Below, piece after piece: positions 53,993 to 64,000 of a stretch of 64,000 nt of DNA (within the stretch, counting starts at the first letter, position 1; each line of letters begins with the position of its first letter). Both the position numbers and the translations under genes were made by a program. Below the pieces are notes generated by a model. It did not search any database and was not told where the DNA came from. It saw nothing but the letters and a program-made list of their open reading frames with translations. The DNA is from Prochlorococcus sp. AG-321-D23 (lineage in GTDB: Bacteria; Cyanobacteriota; Cyanobacteriia; PCC-6307; Cyanobiaceae), in assembly GCA_003283445.1 (NCBI GenBank), contig QBXG01000001.1, positions 1,587 to 65,586 on the forward strand. The letters are read 5' to 3'.

Positions 53993-56575
53993 TTAATCTA
54001 CAAATATGCATCCATCTTTAATAGAAATATAAACCTCTTTTTTTGTTAAGTAATTGTTATTGAGAATATTATTTGCAATTTTCGTCTCAATATCTTTTTG
54101 AATAATTCTTTTTAATGGTCTTGCTCCATAACTATTATCAAAACTATTTCTGACTAGATGGTCAATAGCCTCATCTGTAATTTGCAAGTTAAAGTCTTTT
54201 TTGATAAGCCTATTTTCTAGATTTTTTAGTTGTATTTTAGCTATATCTTTTAATTCATTTAATTCCAAATTTTGAAATATAATTATTTCATCTAGGCGGT
54301 TTAAGAATTCTGGTTTAAAAAATTTCTTCAATTCAACATTCACAATATTTTTAATTTCATTTTTATCTTCGTTCCTGATAGATAAATCATTTATGGATTG
54401 ACCTCCTAAATTACTTGTAAGAACAATTATTGAATTTTTAAAACTAATTGTTCTGCCTTGCCCATCGGTAATAATCCCATCATCAAGAACCTGTAGTAAG
54501 ATATCTAAAACATCTTTGTGGGCTTTTTCTATTTCATCTAGGAGTATGAGAGAGTAAGGGTTTTTCCTCACAGCTTCGGTTAATTGGCCTCCTGATTCAA
54601 AACCTAGATACCCTGGCGGGGCTCCAATAATTTTGCTTACAGAATGCTTTTCCATATATTCAGACATGTCTAGTCTCGTGATTGATGAATTAGAGTCAAA
54701 TATTGTTTTGGCTATTACTTTACTTAGTTCAGTCTTTCCTACTCCTGTTGGCCCTAAAAATAAGAAACTAGCTATTGGTCTATTGGGATCATTTAGTCCT
54801 GTCCTTGATCTCTTAATTGAATCTGAGACAGCACATATAGCACTATTCTGACCAATAATTTTTTCTTTAAGAGTTAATTCTAGTTTCAAAAGTTTTTCTT
54901 TTTCAGATTGATTTAAATTATTTACTGGAATAGAAGTCCACTTCGAGACAACTTCTGCTATATCATCAAAATTAACCTCTTGCCTTAAAAGATTCTTTTC
55001 ACCATTTTTAAAAGAATCTACTAAATTTTCACTTCTTATCTTTAATTTTTTTTGTAAAGAAGTTAAGGTTCCAAATTCTAATTCTGCTGCTTTATTGAGA
55101 TCAAAACTTCTTTTGGCTTGTTCAATTTTTAATTGAGTAGATTCAATTTCTTCTTTTAAATTACTAATCTCATCAATTTCTTCTTTCTCTTTTCTCCATT
55201 GATTATTTAATTCGGATTGCCTAATCTTAAGATCTTGAAGCTCATTATTAATTCTTTTTAGCCTTTCTAAAGAAAAATTATCTGATTCCCTTTGTAAGGA
55301 TAAATTCTCCATTTCTAGTTGTAAAACTTTTCTATCAATCTCATCAATTTCTTCTGGTTTGGATGTTATTACCATATTTAATCTTGAAGCGGCTTCATCA
55401 ATTAAATCGATTGCTTTGTCTGGTAGGAATCTATCATTTATATATCTTTCACTTAAGCTAGCAGCAGCAACAAGAGCATTATCAGAAATTCTTACACTAT
55501 GATGAACCTCATATTTTTCTCTTAGCCCTCTAAGTATTGAAATCGTATCATCTACTGAAGGAGCGTTAATTTTTATTTTCTGAAATCTCCTTTCAAGCGC
55601 AGGATCTTTTTCAATATTTTGTTTATGCTCATTAATTGTCGTAGCACCTATACATCTTAATTCCCCCCTTGCGAGCATTGGTTTCAAGAGATTACTGGCA
55701 TCTAAAGAGCCTCCAGTTGCTCCAGCACCAACAACTGTATGAATTTCATCTATAAAAAGAATAATCTTACCTTCAGAACTTTTAACTTTTTTTAAAACAT
55801 TTTTAATTCTCTCTTCAAATTCGCCTCGGTATTTTGCTCCAGCTATTAATGAACCCATATCGATTGATATCAATTGCCTATTATTTAATGAAGATGGGAC
55901 ATCTCCATTAACGATTCGCTGAGCTAAACCTTCTACTATTGCAGTTTTACCTACTCCAGGTTCTCCTATTAGAACAGGATTATTCTTGGTTCTTCTGCTT
56001 AATATTTGGATCGTTCTTCTGATTTCTTCATCTCTCCCAATAACAGGGTCAAGTATGCCATCCCTAGCTGATTTTGTAAGATCAATGCCGAATTTATCTA
56101 AAGTATCATTTGAACTTTCAAAATTATCATTAATCGTGGATTGAGATTTCATCTTATTTAAAAGTTCTAAAAATTCAGGGATTTTTTTTGTATTTAAAAC
56201 TAATTCACTGCAGATCTCATCATAAGACAAACCGTAAAGTATGTGCTCTGTTGATATCACTACATCATTAAACGAAACTCTTAAATCATTTGCTTTTAAA
56301 AAAACTTTTTCTGTGGTTTCTCCTATAAATAGAGTTTTTTGTTTATTCTTCATTTTTGCTTTCGCATTTAATAAAGAAGTTAACTTTGTTTCTATCTTTC
56401 TAATGTTTACACAATTTTTTTTTAGTATTTTAGAGGTGAAAATATCTTGTTTTATAAGTGCAAGGAATATATTTTCAGAATCTATATTTTGCTGAAAATT
56501 ATTTTGTGCAATTTCCTTTGACAAAATAAAAATATCCCAAGCAGAATTAGAGAATTCACTTGGGACAAATTTCAT
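53993..56575 (-). CDS. clpB: ClpB-type AAA+ chaperone
   Basis: Two NBDs ([16 protein letters not shown]), KYRGEFEER, coiled-coil M domain, GARPLKR. Confidence 0.92.
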   Translation of the reverse strand: MKFVPSEFSNSAWDIFILSKEIAQNNFQQNIDSENIFLALIKQDIFTSKILKKNCVNIRKIETKLTSLLNAKAKMKNKQKTLFIGETTEKVFLKANDLRVSFNDVVISTEHILYGLSYDEICSELVLNTKKIPEFLELLNKMKSQSTINDNFESSNDTLDKFGIDLTKSARDGILDPVIGRDEEIRRTIQILSRRTKNNPVLIGEPGVGKTAIVEGLAQRIVNGDVPSSLNNRQLISIDMGSLIAGAKYRGEFEERIKNVLKKVKSSEGKIILFIDEIHTVVGAGATGGSLDASNLLKPMLARGELRCIGATTINEHKQNIEKDPALERRFQKIKINAPSVDDTISILRGLREKYEVHHSVRISDNALVAAASLSERYINDRFLPDKAIDLIDEAASRLNMVITSKPEEIDEIDRKVLQLEMENLSLQRESDNFSLERLKRINNELQDLKIRQSELNNQWRKEKEEIDEISNLKEEIESTQLKIEQAKRSFDLNKAAELEFGTLTSLQKKLKIRSENLVDSFKNGEKNLLRQEVNFDDIAEVVSKWTSIPVNNLNQSEKEKLLKLELTLKEKIIGQNSAICAVSDSIKRSRTGLNDPNRPIASFLFLGPTGVGKTELSKVIAKTIFDSNSSITRLDMSEYMEKHSVSKIIGAPPGYLGFESGGQLTEAVRKNPYSLILLDEIEKAHKDVLDILLQVLDDGIITDGQGRTISFKNSIIVLTSNLGGQSINDLSIRNEDKNEIKNIVNVELKKFFKPEFLNRLDEIIIFQNLELNELKDIAKIQLKNLENRLIKKDFNLQITDEAIDHLVRNSFDNSYGARPLKRIIQKDIETKIANNILNNNYLTKKEVYISIKDGCIFVD

Positions 56576-56650
56576 TTAAGCAATGTAATTAATTTAATTA
56601 ATAAAATAATCGCAATATTTAGTAAATATTTTTTTAATTAATTAGGTATT

Positions 56651-57001
56651 TTATTCAACAATTACTTTACCTACCATCCCTGCACCTCTGTGAGGCTCAC
56701 AATAGTAATCAAAAGTTCCTGCTGTATTAAATGTTTCTTCCCATGATTCGCCAGGAGCGAAGGCTAGATCAGCATGACTTAATTCTTCATGGCCATCAAA
56801 AACAGCATTATGAGGGGCTAATTTATTATTGATGAATTTAACAGTATCACCTGTACTGATAGTTACAGAACTTGGTTCAAAAGCCAACATTCCAGCGTCA
56901 GTACCAAGCTTAACTTCAACAGTTTTAGCAGAAACAGAAGAAATTCCTAGTCCTAGAGTTAAAACTATTGCAAAAAAACCTGCAAAGATTGAACGTAACA
57001 T
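56651..57001 (-). CDS. petE: Plastocyanin precursor
   Basis: Signal peptide, [17 protein letters not shown] copper ligands. Confidence 0.97.
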   Translation of the reverse strand: MLRSIFAGFFAIVLTLGLGISSVSAKTVEVKLGTDAGMLAFEPSSVTISTGDTVKFINNKLAPHNAVFDGHEELSHADLAFAPGESWEETFNTAGTFDYYCEPHRGAGMVGKVIVE

Positions 57002-57059
57002 AATTTAAATTTACTATTTATATATATTACAAGGTTTTTGGAACTAAATCGCGAGAAGT

Positions 57060-58043
57060 TTAATTGATATTACAACCTGGTAACTTTGCTAACCTTAAAA
57101 CATCTTGCAGGGATCTGGCATAACTTTTTAAATTTAATTTCTCAGGATTAGTTATGGGCACATGGTTAAAGTCATATTTTTTTATGCTGAAGCTATCCCA
57201 AGGAGACATTTGAATAGGAAGCACTCTTAATAATATTTTCATTATTGTTTTTGTTAAGGAAATGGAAAAGTATCTATTCATTCCGTTTCTCTTTAAAAGG
57301 ATATTTATCGCATCATCAATTGAAATAAAGTTTTGACCTAATACAAATTTTTTGAACCCTTTGTAATTCTCTTCTTTATGATTTTTAATTAGAAACCCAC
57401 AAATTTGTGCAATATCATTGGCATGTATAAAGTGAAACTTTGAGTCAAGTTTTATAAATCTTGCTATCCAAAGCCATTTATTTATTTCTTTCAATCCGCT
57501 TGTTAAATAGCTCACGGGATACTTACTTCTTTTATTAAGAGTCCCTCCAAAAACTAATGTAGGAAAAACTGCGAATGTTTTTTCTGCAAATGAGCTCTCT
57601 TTAAGTCTTTCAAAACACTTATATTTTGTTTGAATATATTCTGTTCCATAAGTTAAAGATTCCCTCATTAATTCACATTGTTCGTTGAGTATGCTGGCTG
57701 TTGAAAAATAAATTATTTTCTCTAATTTATCTTTTTCAAGCATTCCTAGTAACTCTTCGAACGCTTTTATGTTTACATCATAGGCTCTTTTTGGATCACC
57801 CCAAGCAGTCGCAGTGTGGATAAGAAAATTTACCTGACTAATTTCTTTACTAAATCTATTGCATTCTCTGATATCACATATAAGCAATTTAATCCGCTTG
57901 TTCTTCTGTATAGCAAGGGGGAGCTTATTTTTATCTCTTACCATGAGATAAAGCTTAAATCGAGTGTTTCTTAAAAACCAATCAATCAGATATTGGCCAA
58001 CACATCCGTTAGAACCTGTTATTAATAAGTTTTTAATTGCCAA
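57060..58043 (-). CDS. NAD-dependent epimerase/dehydratase family protein
   Basis: TGSNGCVG, HTATAWG, STAS, YIQTK. Confidence 0.85.
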   Translation of the reverse strand: MAIKNLLITGSNGCVGQYLIDWFLRNTRFKLYLMVRDKNKLPLAIQKNKRIKLLICDIRECNRFSKEISQVNFLIHTATAWGDPKRAYDVNIKAFEELLGMLEKDKLEKIIYFSTASILNEQCELMRESLTYGTEYIQTKYKCFERLKESSFAEKTFAVFPTLVFGGTLNKRSKYPVSYLTSGLKEINKWLWIARFIKLDSKFHFIHANDIAQICGFLIKNHKEENYKGFKKFVLGQNFISIDDAINILLKRNGMNRYFSISLTKTIMKILLRVLPIQMSPWDSFSIKKYDFNHVPITNPEKLNLKSYARSLQDVLRLAKLPGCNIN

Positions 58044-58051
58044 AATTTAAA

Positions 58052-59092
58052 TTAATAAGTTAGTTTTTTACCATGCTCAAAAAATGTTTGAGCATTTTCT
58101 TCTGGTGTGCCTGGTAAAATTCCATGACCTAAATTAAGAATATATTTTCTCTCTTTTACTTTATTGAAAGTAGTATCAATTCTCTCCTTTATTGAATCTT
58201 TATTTCCGAATAATATACCTGGATCAACATTTCCTTGTATTCCAATTCCTGTAGGGATTCGCTTGCAAGCCTCCTCAATATCTACAGTCCAGTCTAGTGA
58301 AATTATATCTACACCAGTTTTAGCCATTCTTTCTAATACCCCAGCACTGCCCGATATGTACAATATTATCGGAGTATCTGGGAATTCTTCTTTAACGATG
58401 TCAACAACTTTCTTTTGATAAGGGCCAGCAAAAATATCGTAGTCTTGAGGACTTAATTGCCCTGCCCAAGAGTCAAAAATTTGTACAACTTGAGCGCCAG
58501 ATTTTATTTGATACTTTAAATACTCACCAATGGATTTTGCAAAGTGATCTAGAAGTTTGTGAAGTAAATCAGGTTCTTTAAAAGCCATTGACTTTATTAA
58601 AGAATAATTTTTGCTGCTTTTACCTTCAACGACATATGCAGCCAAAGTCCAAGGTGCTCCAACAAAGCCAAGAACCGTTGCTTCATTTTTTACATCTTTT
58701 TTTAATGATGAAAGGACTTCTCCCACAAAACTTAAACTTTCGTTCGGAATTAATTCTTTTAAATTTTCTACTTGGTGAATATTTCTTATGGGATCTTCTA
58801 TTATTGGACCCTTACTTTCTATTATTTCAAAGTTGATTCCCATTCCAGGAAGAGGGGTAAGTATATCTGAAAAAAGAATTACACCATCTGGCTTGAAAGC
58901 CAAAAAAGGTTGCATTGAAATTTCATAAGAGAGTTCTGGGTTCTCAGACCTTTCCCTAAAGCTTGGGTAGCGTTCTCTTAAATCTCTGTAAATCTTCATA
59001 TATCTGCCTGCTTGTCTCATCATCCATACTGGAGGCCTATTAACTTTCTTTCCTAAGGCAGCAGATAGTAAAAGTGGTAAATTCTCACCCAT
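58052..59092 (-). CDS. hemE: Uroporphyrinogen decarboxylase
   Basis: [33 protein letters not shown]. Confidence 0.97.
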   Translation of the reverse strand: MGENLPLLLSAALGKKVNRPPVWMMRQAGRYMKIYRDLRERYPSFRERSENPELSYEISMQPFLAFKPDGVILFSDILTPLPGMGINFEIIESKGPIIEDPIRNIHQVENLKELIPNESLSFVGEVLSSLKKDVKNEATVLGFVGAPWTLAAYVVEGKSSKNYSLIKSMAFKEPDLLHKLLDHFAKSIGEYLKYQIKSGAQVVQIFDSWAGQLSPQDYDIFAGPYQKKVVDIVKEEFPDTPIILYISGSAGVLERMAKTGVDIISLDWTVDIEEACKRIPTGIGIQGNVDPGILFGNKDSIKERIDTTFNKVKERKYILNLGHGILPGTPEENAQTFFEHGKKLTY

Positions 59093-59214
59093 TTTTTGAG
59101 TACAATATGATTTTTAAAAATTAAAAATCTTTAACTTAAAAATTTTACAACGTGGAGCAGATTAAAATCACTATGTGAAGAATTAAATGAAATTGACTAA
59201 TAAATAAACCTTTA

Positions 59215-61479
59215 TTATTGATTTAATTGATGCTTAAAGATACTTACACTTAGCGGTGGCAAAACAATTTCAAGAGCATTTTCATAATTATGAATATTAT
59301 ATTTTAAAGTTTCCTTACCTCCCATATTCCCTTTGTTACTGCCGCCATATTTAGAACCGTCTGAATTGAAAATCTCTTTATAGAAGCCCTCTAAAGGAAC
59401 ACCTATTTTATAGGATCCATGAAAGTTAGGGGTAAAGTTTGCAACAACTACAAGCCATTCATTACTTTCATTTTCCCTTCTCATAAAACTGATAACTGAA
59501 TTGGAGGTGTCATCGCAATCTATCCATTGGAATCCATAAGGATCAAAGTCATTTTTCCATAAAGAAGGCTCATTTTTATAAAGTTTATTTAAGTCATCAA
59601 CCAAGTTTCTAATACCTTTATGGGGTTCAAATTCTAAAAGTTCCCATTGAAGATCATCCCAAACATTCCATTCTTGCCTTTGTCCAAATTCCATTCCCAT
59701 AAAAATTGTCTTTTTACCAGGATGTGTCCACATGTAAGTTAATAGAGCCCTTGTATTCGCGAATTTTTTCCAATCATCTCCAGGCATTTTATGTAAAAGA
59801 TGACTTTTCCCATGAACAACTTCATCGTGACTTAGGGCAAGCATAAAATTTTCGGTGTAATTATAAGTTATTGAAAAGGTCACACTATTTTGATGAAATT
59901 GCCTAAACCAAGGATCTATTTCAAAATAATCGAGCATATCATGCATCCAACCCATATTCCATTTTAAATTGAAACCTAGTCCACCTACATTTGTAGGCTC
60001 GGTAACCATTGGCCAAGTTGTGGATTCTTCAGCAATAGATAGTGCGCCTGGAAAATGCTGAAAAAGTACATGGTTTGCTTGCTGAAGAAATTTAACAGCT
60101 TCTAAATTTTCATTCCCACCATTTTCATTTGGAATCCATTCACCCTCTGGACGTAAATAGTCTCTATATAACATTGAAGCTACAGCATCTACTCTTATCC
60201 CATCAATATGGAATTCCTCAAACCAATAAATAAGATTTGCTACTAAAAAATTCCTTACTTCATTTCTACTGTAGTTAAATATTAAAGTACCCCATTCCTT
60301 ATGCTCTCCAATACGAGGATCACCATGTTCATAAAGATGACAACCATCAAAGAAAGCTAAACCATGCTTATCTTTTGGAAAATGGCCTGGAACCCAGTCG
60401 AGAATTACACCTATACCCTCTGCATGACATCTATTTATAAACTCTTTAAATTCATTAGGAGTGCCATATCTACTTGTAGGGGCGTACCAACCGGTGACTT
60501 GATAGCCCCAGGAACCATCGAAAGGATGTTCCGAAATAGGCATTAATTCGATATGAGTAAATCCTCTTTCTTTTACATATGGGATAAGCTTTTCTGTTAA
60601 CTCTGGATAAGTTAAAAACCTTGTCCCAGGTTTTAAATCTGCTGCAGGAACTGGAGATCTTGTCTGTCCATTTTTTTCAATATGTTTATTCTCAATTGAA
60701 TCGTGCATCCAACTTCCCAAATGCATCTCATAAACTGAAATAGGTTTATTAATTTGACTAGATGAATCTCTATTAGTTATCCAAGAACTATCTTCCCAAT
60801 CAAAATCGTTAAGTTTAGATACTATTGAGCCATTTTGGGGTCTGACTTCATGAAGGAAACCATATGGATCAGCTTTTTCATAAATATGTCCTTCTTGAGT
60901 TCTTATTTCATATTTATAAGCATCTCCTTCTTTCATTATTGGCATAAATAATTCCCAAATACCACCTAGCCTTTTTTGCATAGGATGATGTCTACCGTCC
61001 CAAGAATTTATATCTCCGATTATTGAGATTGATTTTGCATTTGGTGCCCAAACACAGAACATTACTCCTTTTTGATTTGTTTCTTCATGGATGTGAGCCC
61101 CCATTTTTTCCCAAATATGATGATGGTTACCTTCAGCAAAAAGGTGTCTGTCTAATTCCCCCATCCATTCTTCCCTGTAAGCCCAAGGATCTTGCTGTGA
61201 ATGAGAAACTCCTCCTCTTAGTACATTTATTTGATAATTATTTTTGGGATCTTCAGGAAGTGTTACTTCAAACAGCCATTTATGATTTAACGTAGTTGTT
61301 TTATAGGTTTTATCTTTAAAAATAATATTTACTTCATCTGCTTCAGGCATCCATACTCTTGTTATCCACTGTCCATTAACGAAATGGGGACCTAAAATAT
61401 TTAATGGATTATCATTGCAACAATTTTCGAGGTTGAAAGCTTCTGATTTAATCCAGTCTGCTTGAATAGTTTCTTTCAT
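59215..61479 (-). CDS. glgB: 1,4-alpha-glucan branching enzyme
   Basis: [44 protein letters not shown]. Confidence 0.97.
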   Translation of the reverse strand: MKETIQADWIKSEAFNLENCCNDNPLNILGPHFVNGQWITRVWMPEADEVNIIFKDKTYKTTTLNHKWLFEVTLPEDPKNNYQINVLRGGVSHSQQDPWAYREEWMGELDRHLFAEGNHHHIWEKMGAHIHEETNQKGVMFCVWAPNAKSISIIGDINSWDGRHHPMQKRLGGIWELFMPIMKEGDAYKYEIRTQEGHIYEKADPYGFLHEVRPQNGSIVSKLNDFDWEDSSWITNRDSSSQINKPISVYEMHLGSWMHDSIENKHIEKNGQTRSPVPAADLKPGTRFLTYPELTEKLIPYVKERGFTHIELMPISEHPFDGSWGYQVTGWYAPTSRYGTPNEFKEFINRCHAEGIGVILDWVPGHFPKDKHGLAFFDGCHLYEHGDPRIGEHKEWGTLIFNYSRNEVRNFLVANLIYWFEEFHIDGIRVDAVASMLYRDYLRPEGEWIPNENGGNENLEAVKFLQQANHVLFQHFPGALSIAEESTTWPMVTEPTNVGGLGFNLKWNMGWMHDMLDYFEIDPWFRQFHQNSVTFSITYNYTENFMLALSHDEVVHGKSHLLHKMPGDDWKKFANTRALLTYMWTHPGKKTIFMGMEFGQRQEWNVWDDLQWELLEFEPHKGIRNLVDDLNKLYKNEPSLWKNDFDPYGFQWIDCDDTSNSVISFMRRENESNEWLVVVANFTPNFHGSYKIGVPLEGFYKEIFNSDGSKYGGSNKGNMGGKETLKYNIHNYENALEIVLPPLSVSIFKHQLNQ

Positions 61480-61535
61480 GACTGGTAGTTGTTAAGGAAT
61501 TAGTTTATCAAATTATCAACCAAATAAAAAAAAAA

Positions 61536-63113
61536 TTAGTTGAAAAATGGAGTCATTTTCATAAATGTTTTATTTAGTTCAAAACTTAAAGTTATTATTT
61601 TGTGATTAATAGTTGGGGCACCAAGCATATCATCACCAAATCCTGAATTAACACCAATAGCTGGGTATGCAGCAGCTGATATAGATAACCTTAGTTTTGT
61701 ACCTTTTAGAATCGTAATATTAGTAGGATGCATTGCTATTTCGCAATCACATTCTTCATTTCTTTGTAAGTTTTTAACTCTTAAAAATCCAGTTGAAAAT
61801 TGATTAACAGTTTTATCATGTTCATTAACAAGAGACAAAGCAAGACATATATCAAAACTTTTCATATCACTCTTTACAGAGGTTTGAAGTATGGGTATCC
61901 CTGAAAGTTGAAGATCTTCTTCGAAGGAATTGGTTTGAAAAACACCCACATCTAATCTTTTGTCAAAAATATATCTATCAAACAACCCAGGATTTGGACC
62001 TAAGTGTCCTCCGTCTCCTTGAAATGGCCTCCACGGATCATGAACAATTGAAAACCAGCCCGATCCTTTTGAATTCAAGATAAGACTCCCATCAATAGTT
62101 TCGACATTTGCTGTTCCATTACTTTCAAGACCAAACTTGTAATTATGAATTACGTTCTCTTCAATTAAATCCCATTTTTTTATTGATAGATTCCAAATCT
62201 TTTTATGTTTTAAAGAACTTGTTTTGTTAACTTCTTTATCCGTTTTGAGGTGGGTATCAAAAAAATCTAACAAAGTTTTTTGTGATCCCTTCCACCAATT
62301 TAGATGTGTAGAATCCCCAATAATTATGTCAGGATTTCCACCTGCTGCTTTTGATTTTTGATATAGGTCAAATGCCCCTCTTAGATGAGGATCCCAAAGA
62401 CCACCAATAATTAACATTGGTTTTTTTAGCCATGATGCAATTAGTTTTATCTCTAGAAAATCTTTATTTTGATTTAGATTATTTAGCCATTCGAGTACAA
62501 AGTTATTGGGATCATATCTTTTTAAAAGATCTACTCCTTTTCTTAAATAACTTTTATTTTCTAGGGCTGATATTATTTCTTCCCATCCTAAAGAATTATT
62601 TTCTCTTCTCATCTTTAAGGCAGCTATTTGTAATCCCCACACAATATTATTATTCCACCAAAAAGCCCCCCCATCCGAACTCCAATGATCTTTAAAATCT
62701 ATCCCCGTCATTGCGGGCGATAAGCAATCAGGAGGTTTTGAATCTTTTGTTCCTGTAAGTTGAGTTAATCCTTGATATGAAAAGCCATATAAGCCAAGTT
62801 TTCCATTGCATTCTTTTAGAGATCTAACCCATTGGTGCGTTTCTGATGTATCACTAGGTTCTTGAGAGAACCCTTTGAATACCCCACCAGATGATCCCTG
62901 ACCTCTAACATCTTGCACTACTACTGTGTATCCCTTTGAAGCCCACCATTCAGGATGAGAATAAGTAATTGTTGAAGCTATTTCTCTTCCATAGGGTTGT
63001 CTCATTAATAAAGCGGGCCAAGAACCTTTATCTTTAGGTGTCCAAATTCTTGATACTAGGTCAACTCCATCATTTAATCTTAAAGACTTATCAACCCATT
63101 TTACTTCCCGCAT
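61536..63113 (-). CDS. CocE/NonD-family serine hydrolase
   Basis: RQPYG, QDVRGQG.S.G, GFSYQG nucleophile elbow, GLWD, H. Confidence 0.87.
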   Translation of the reverse strand: MREVKWVDKSLRLNDGVDLVSRIWTPKDKGSWPALLMRQPYGREIASTITYSHPEWWASKGYTVVVQDVRGQGSSGGVFKGFSQEPSDTSETHQWVRSLKECNGKLGLYGFSYQGLTQLTGTKDSKPPDCLSPAMTGIDFKDHWSSDGGAFWWNNNIVWGLQIAALKMRRENNSLGWEEIISALENKSYLRKGVDLLKRYDPNNFVLEWLNNLNQNKDFLEIKLIASWLKKPMLIIGGLWDPHLRGAFDLYQKSKAAGGNPDIIIGDSTHLNWWKGSQKTLLDFFDTHLKTDKEVNKTSSLKHKKIWNLSIKKWDLIEENVIHNYKFGLESNGTANVETIDGSLILNSKGSGWFSIVHDPWRPFQGDGGHLGPNPGLFDRYIFDKRLDVGVFQTNSFEEDLQLSGIPILQTSVKSDMKSFDICLALSLVNEHDKTVNQFSTGFLRVKNLQRNEECDCEIAMHPTNITILKGTKLRLSISAAAYPAIGVNSGFGDDMLGAPTINHKIITLSFELNKTFMKMTPFFN

Positions 63114-63121
63114 TTAAGTGT

Positions 63122-63388
63122 TTATATAACCTGAGGACAATGAAGACCAATTACATAAATAGATAGAATTTCAGCATTAATTGGATTCAAGTTATTTTTT
63201 TTTGAAACAAACTCTATAGCTTTATCTGAACTTGCTGAGATGCCTTTTGAGTTTAACTCTTTAAATTTATTACACATCTTAATTGCATCATCAGGATTCT
63301 TTTTGACGCTTTCCAAAAGATTTGATTGACTTAAAACGGGATTTATATAGCTTAACGATAAAAATAATAATAAAAAAAGGTTGTTCAT
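63122..63388 (-). CDS. Small secreted hypothetical protein with two Cys
   Basis: Signal-like N-terminus; MC...YVIGLHCP. Confidence 0.65.
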   Translation of the reverse strand: MNNLFLLLFLSLSYINPVLSQSNLLESVKKNPDDAIKMCNKFKELNSKGISASSDKAIEFVSKKNNLNPINAEILSIYVIGLHCPQVI

Positions 63389-63439
63389 TATATTTATTTT
63401 TTCTAAATTCTACATTAAAAAAATCTTTTAACCAAGATT

Positions 63440-63847
63440 TTAAAAAGATTTACAGATTTCATTAGCCCTCTTTATCCAATCTTTTAAAGTGGATAAAGTT
63501 ATATTTGTTTGAGTTTTAGTTCTAAGACTTCTCTCCAATCTTCCAATTCTCTCTTTGAGATCATATGGGTTTAAAACTGAAAGAGATTTGATAGAACCTA
63601 TTCCACAATGTAATAGTAAATAAGATTCATATGGAGTTATTGAAAGCTCATTTTTAAAATTGGCAATAGCTCTGATTTTTCTTAAATTATTTAATGTACA
63701 TAATGAATGAGATTTTTGAATGATATTTAATTCGGAATCACTAAGTTGACTTAATCTTTTAAAGTCGTCTAGTTTCTTATCAATTAAAAAAGATTTTTCA
63801 TGTCTGAAATTCTCAGGTAAAATTTCTAAAAATTTTTCTTCTATCAT
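63440..63847 (-). CDS. DUF4332-like protein
   Basis: LLLHCGIGS...L...P..L...WI..A pattern. Confidence 0.65.
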   Translation of the reverse strand: MIEEKFLEILPENFRHEKSFLIDKKLDDFKRLSQLSDSELNIIQKSHSLCTLNNLRKIRAIANFKNELSITPYESYLLLHCGIGSIKSLSVLNPYDLKERIGRLERSLRTKTQTNITLSTLKDWIKRANEICKSF

Positions 63848-63855
63848 TTATTCCT

Positions 63856-64000
63856 CTAATTCATATTAAACCTTTTTTCTATTTCTCCAATAATTACTGG
63901 TTTACTAACGTCATTGGATATCTTCTCAAGTTTCCTGATTTTAATTTTTACTTTTGATCCTGATCTACTACCTTTTTTAAGATTTTCAGATAATTGTTTT
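63856..64000 (-). CDS. 3' end of a hypothetical protein (possibly Ycf51/DUF2518)
   Basis: Manual translation KQLSENLKKGSRSGSKVKLKIRKLEKISNDVSKPVIIGEIEKRFNMN*; runs off the window edge. Confidence 0.55.
   Translation of the reverse strand, partial: KQLSENLKKGSRSGSKVKIKIRKLEKISNDVSKPVIIGEIEKRFNMN

Overview
AT-rich core-genome segment of a marine alpha-cyanobacterium, most consistent with a high-light Prochlorococcus strain (inferred from composition and gene order, not from a database search). It runs from an ftsI 3' end through tal, frr-pyrH-cobO, a solitary tyrosine recombinase, hemH and ilvB. It continues with the alkane cluster (ado-aar-accA-SDR-folE), psaM, por and chlLBN, the alpha-carboxysome locus (csoS1D, csoS1-rbcLS-csoS2-csoSCA-csoS4AB-acRAF), hisG, dnaA, gor and pyrC. 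It ends with tRNA-Leu(UAA), ndhL, trpA, cyAbrB, a group-2 sigma factor, hisIE, clpB, petE, hemE and glgB. Most of it is ordinary housekeeping DNA, and the two notable signals are non-coding. (1) Upstream of the carboxysome operon, a GC-rich stem-loop (~28100-28160) has its own divergent sigma70-like promoter and contains an exact 14-nt match to the csoS1 5' leader, making it a candidate antisense RNA regulator of the cso operon. (2) A ~0.6-kb integrase-less mini-island at tRNA-Leu(UAA) is bounded by an exact 41-bp copy of the tRNA 5' half and carries a PspC-domain gene. It appears to leave the displaced tRNA half as a small promoter-to-terminator unit. All product calls come from motif and family recognition by eye.
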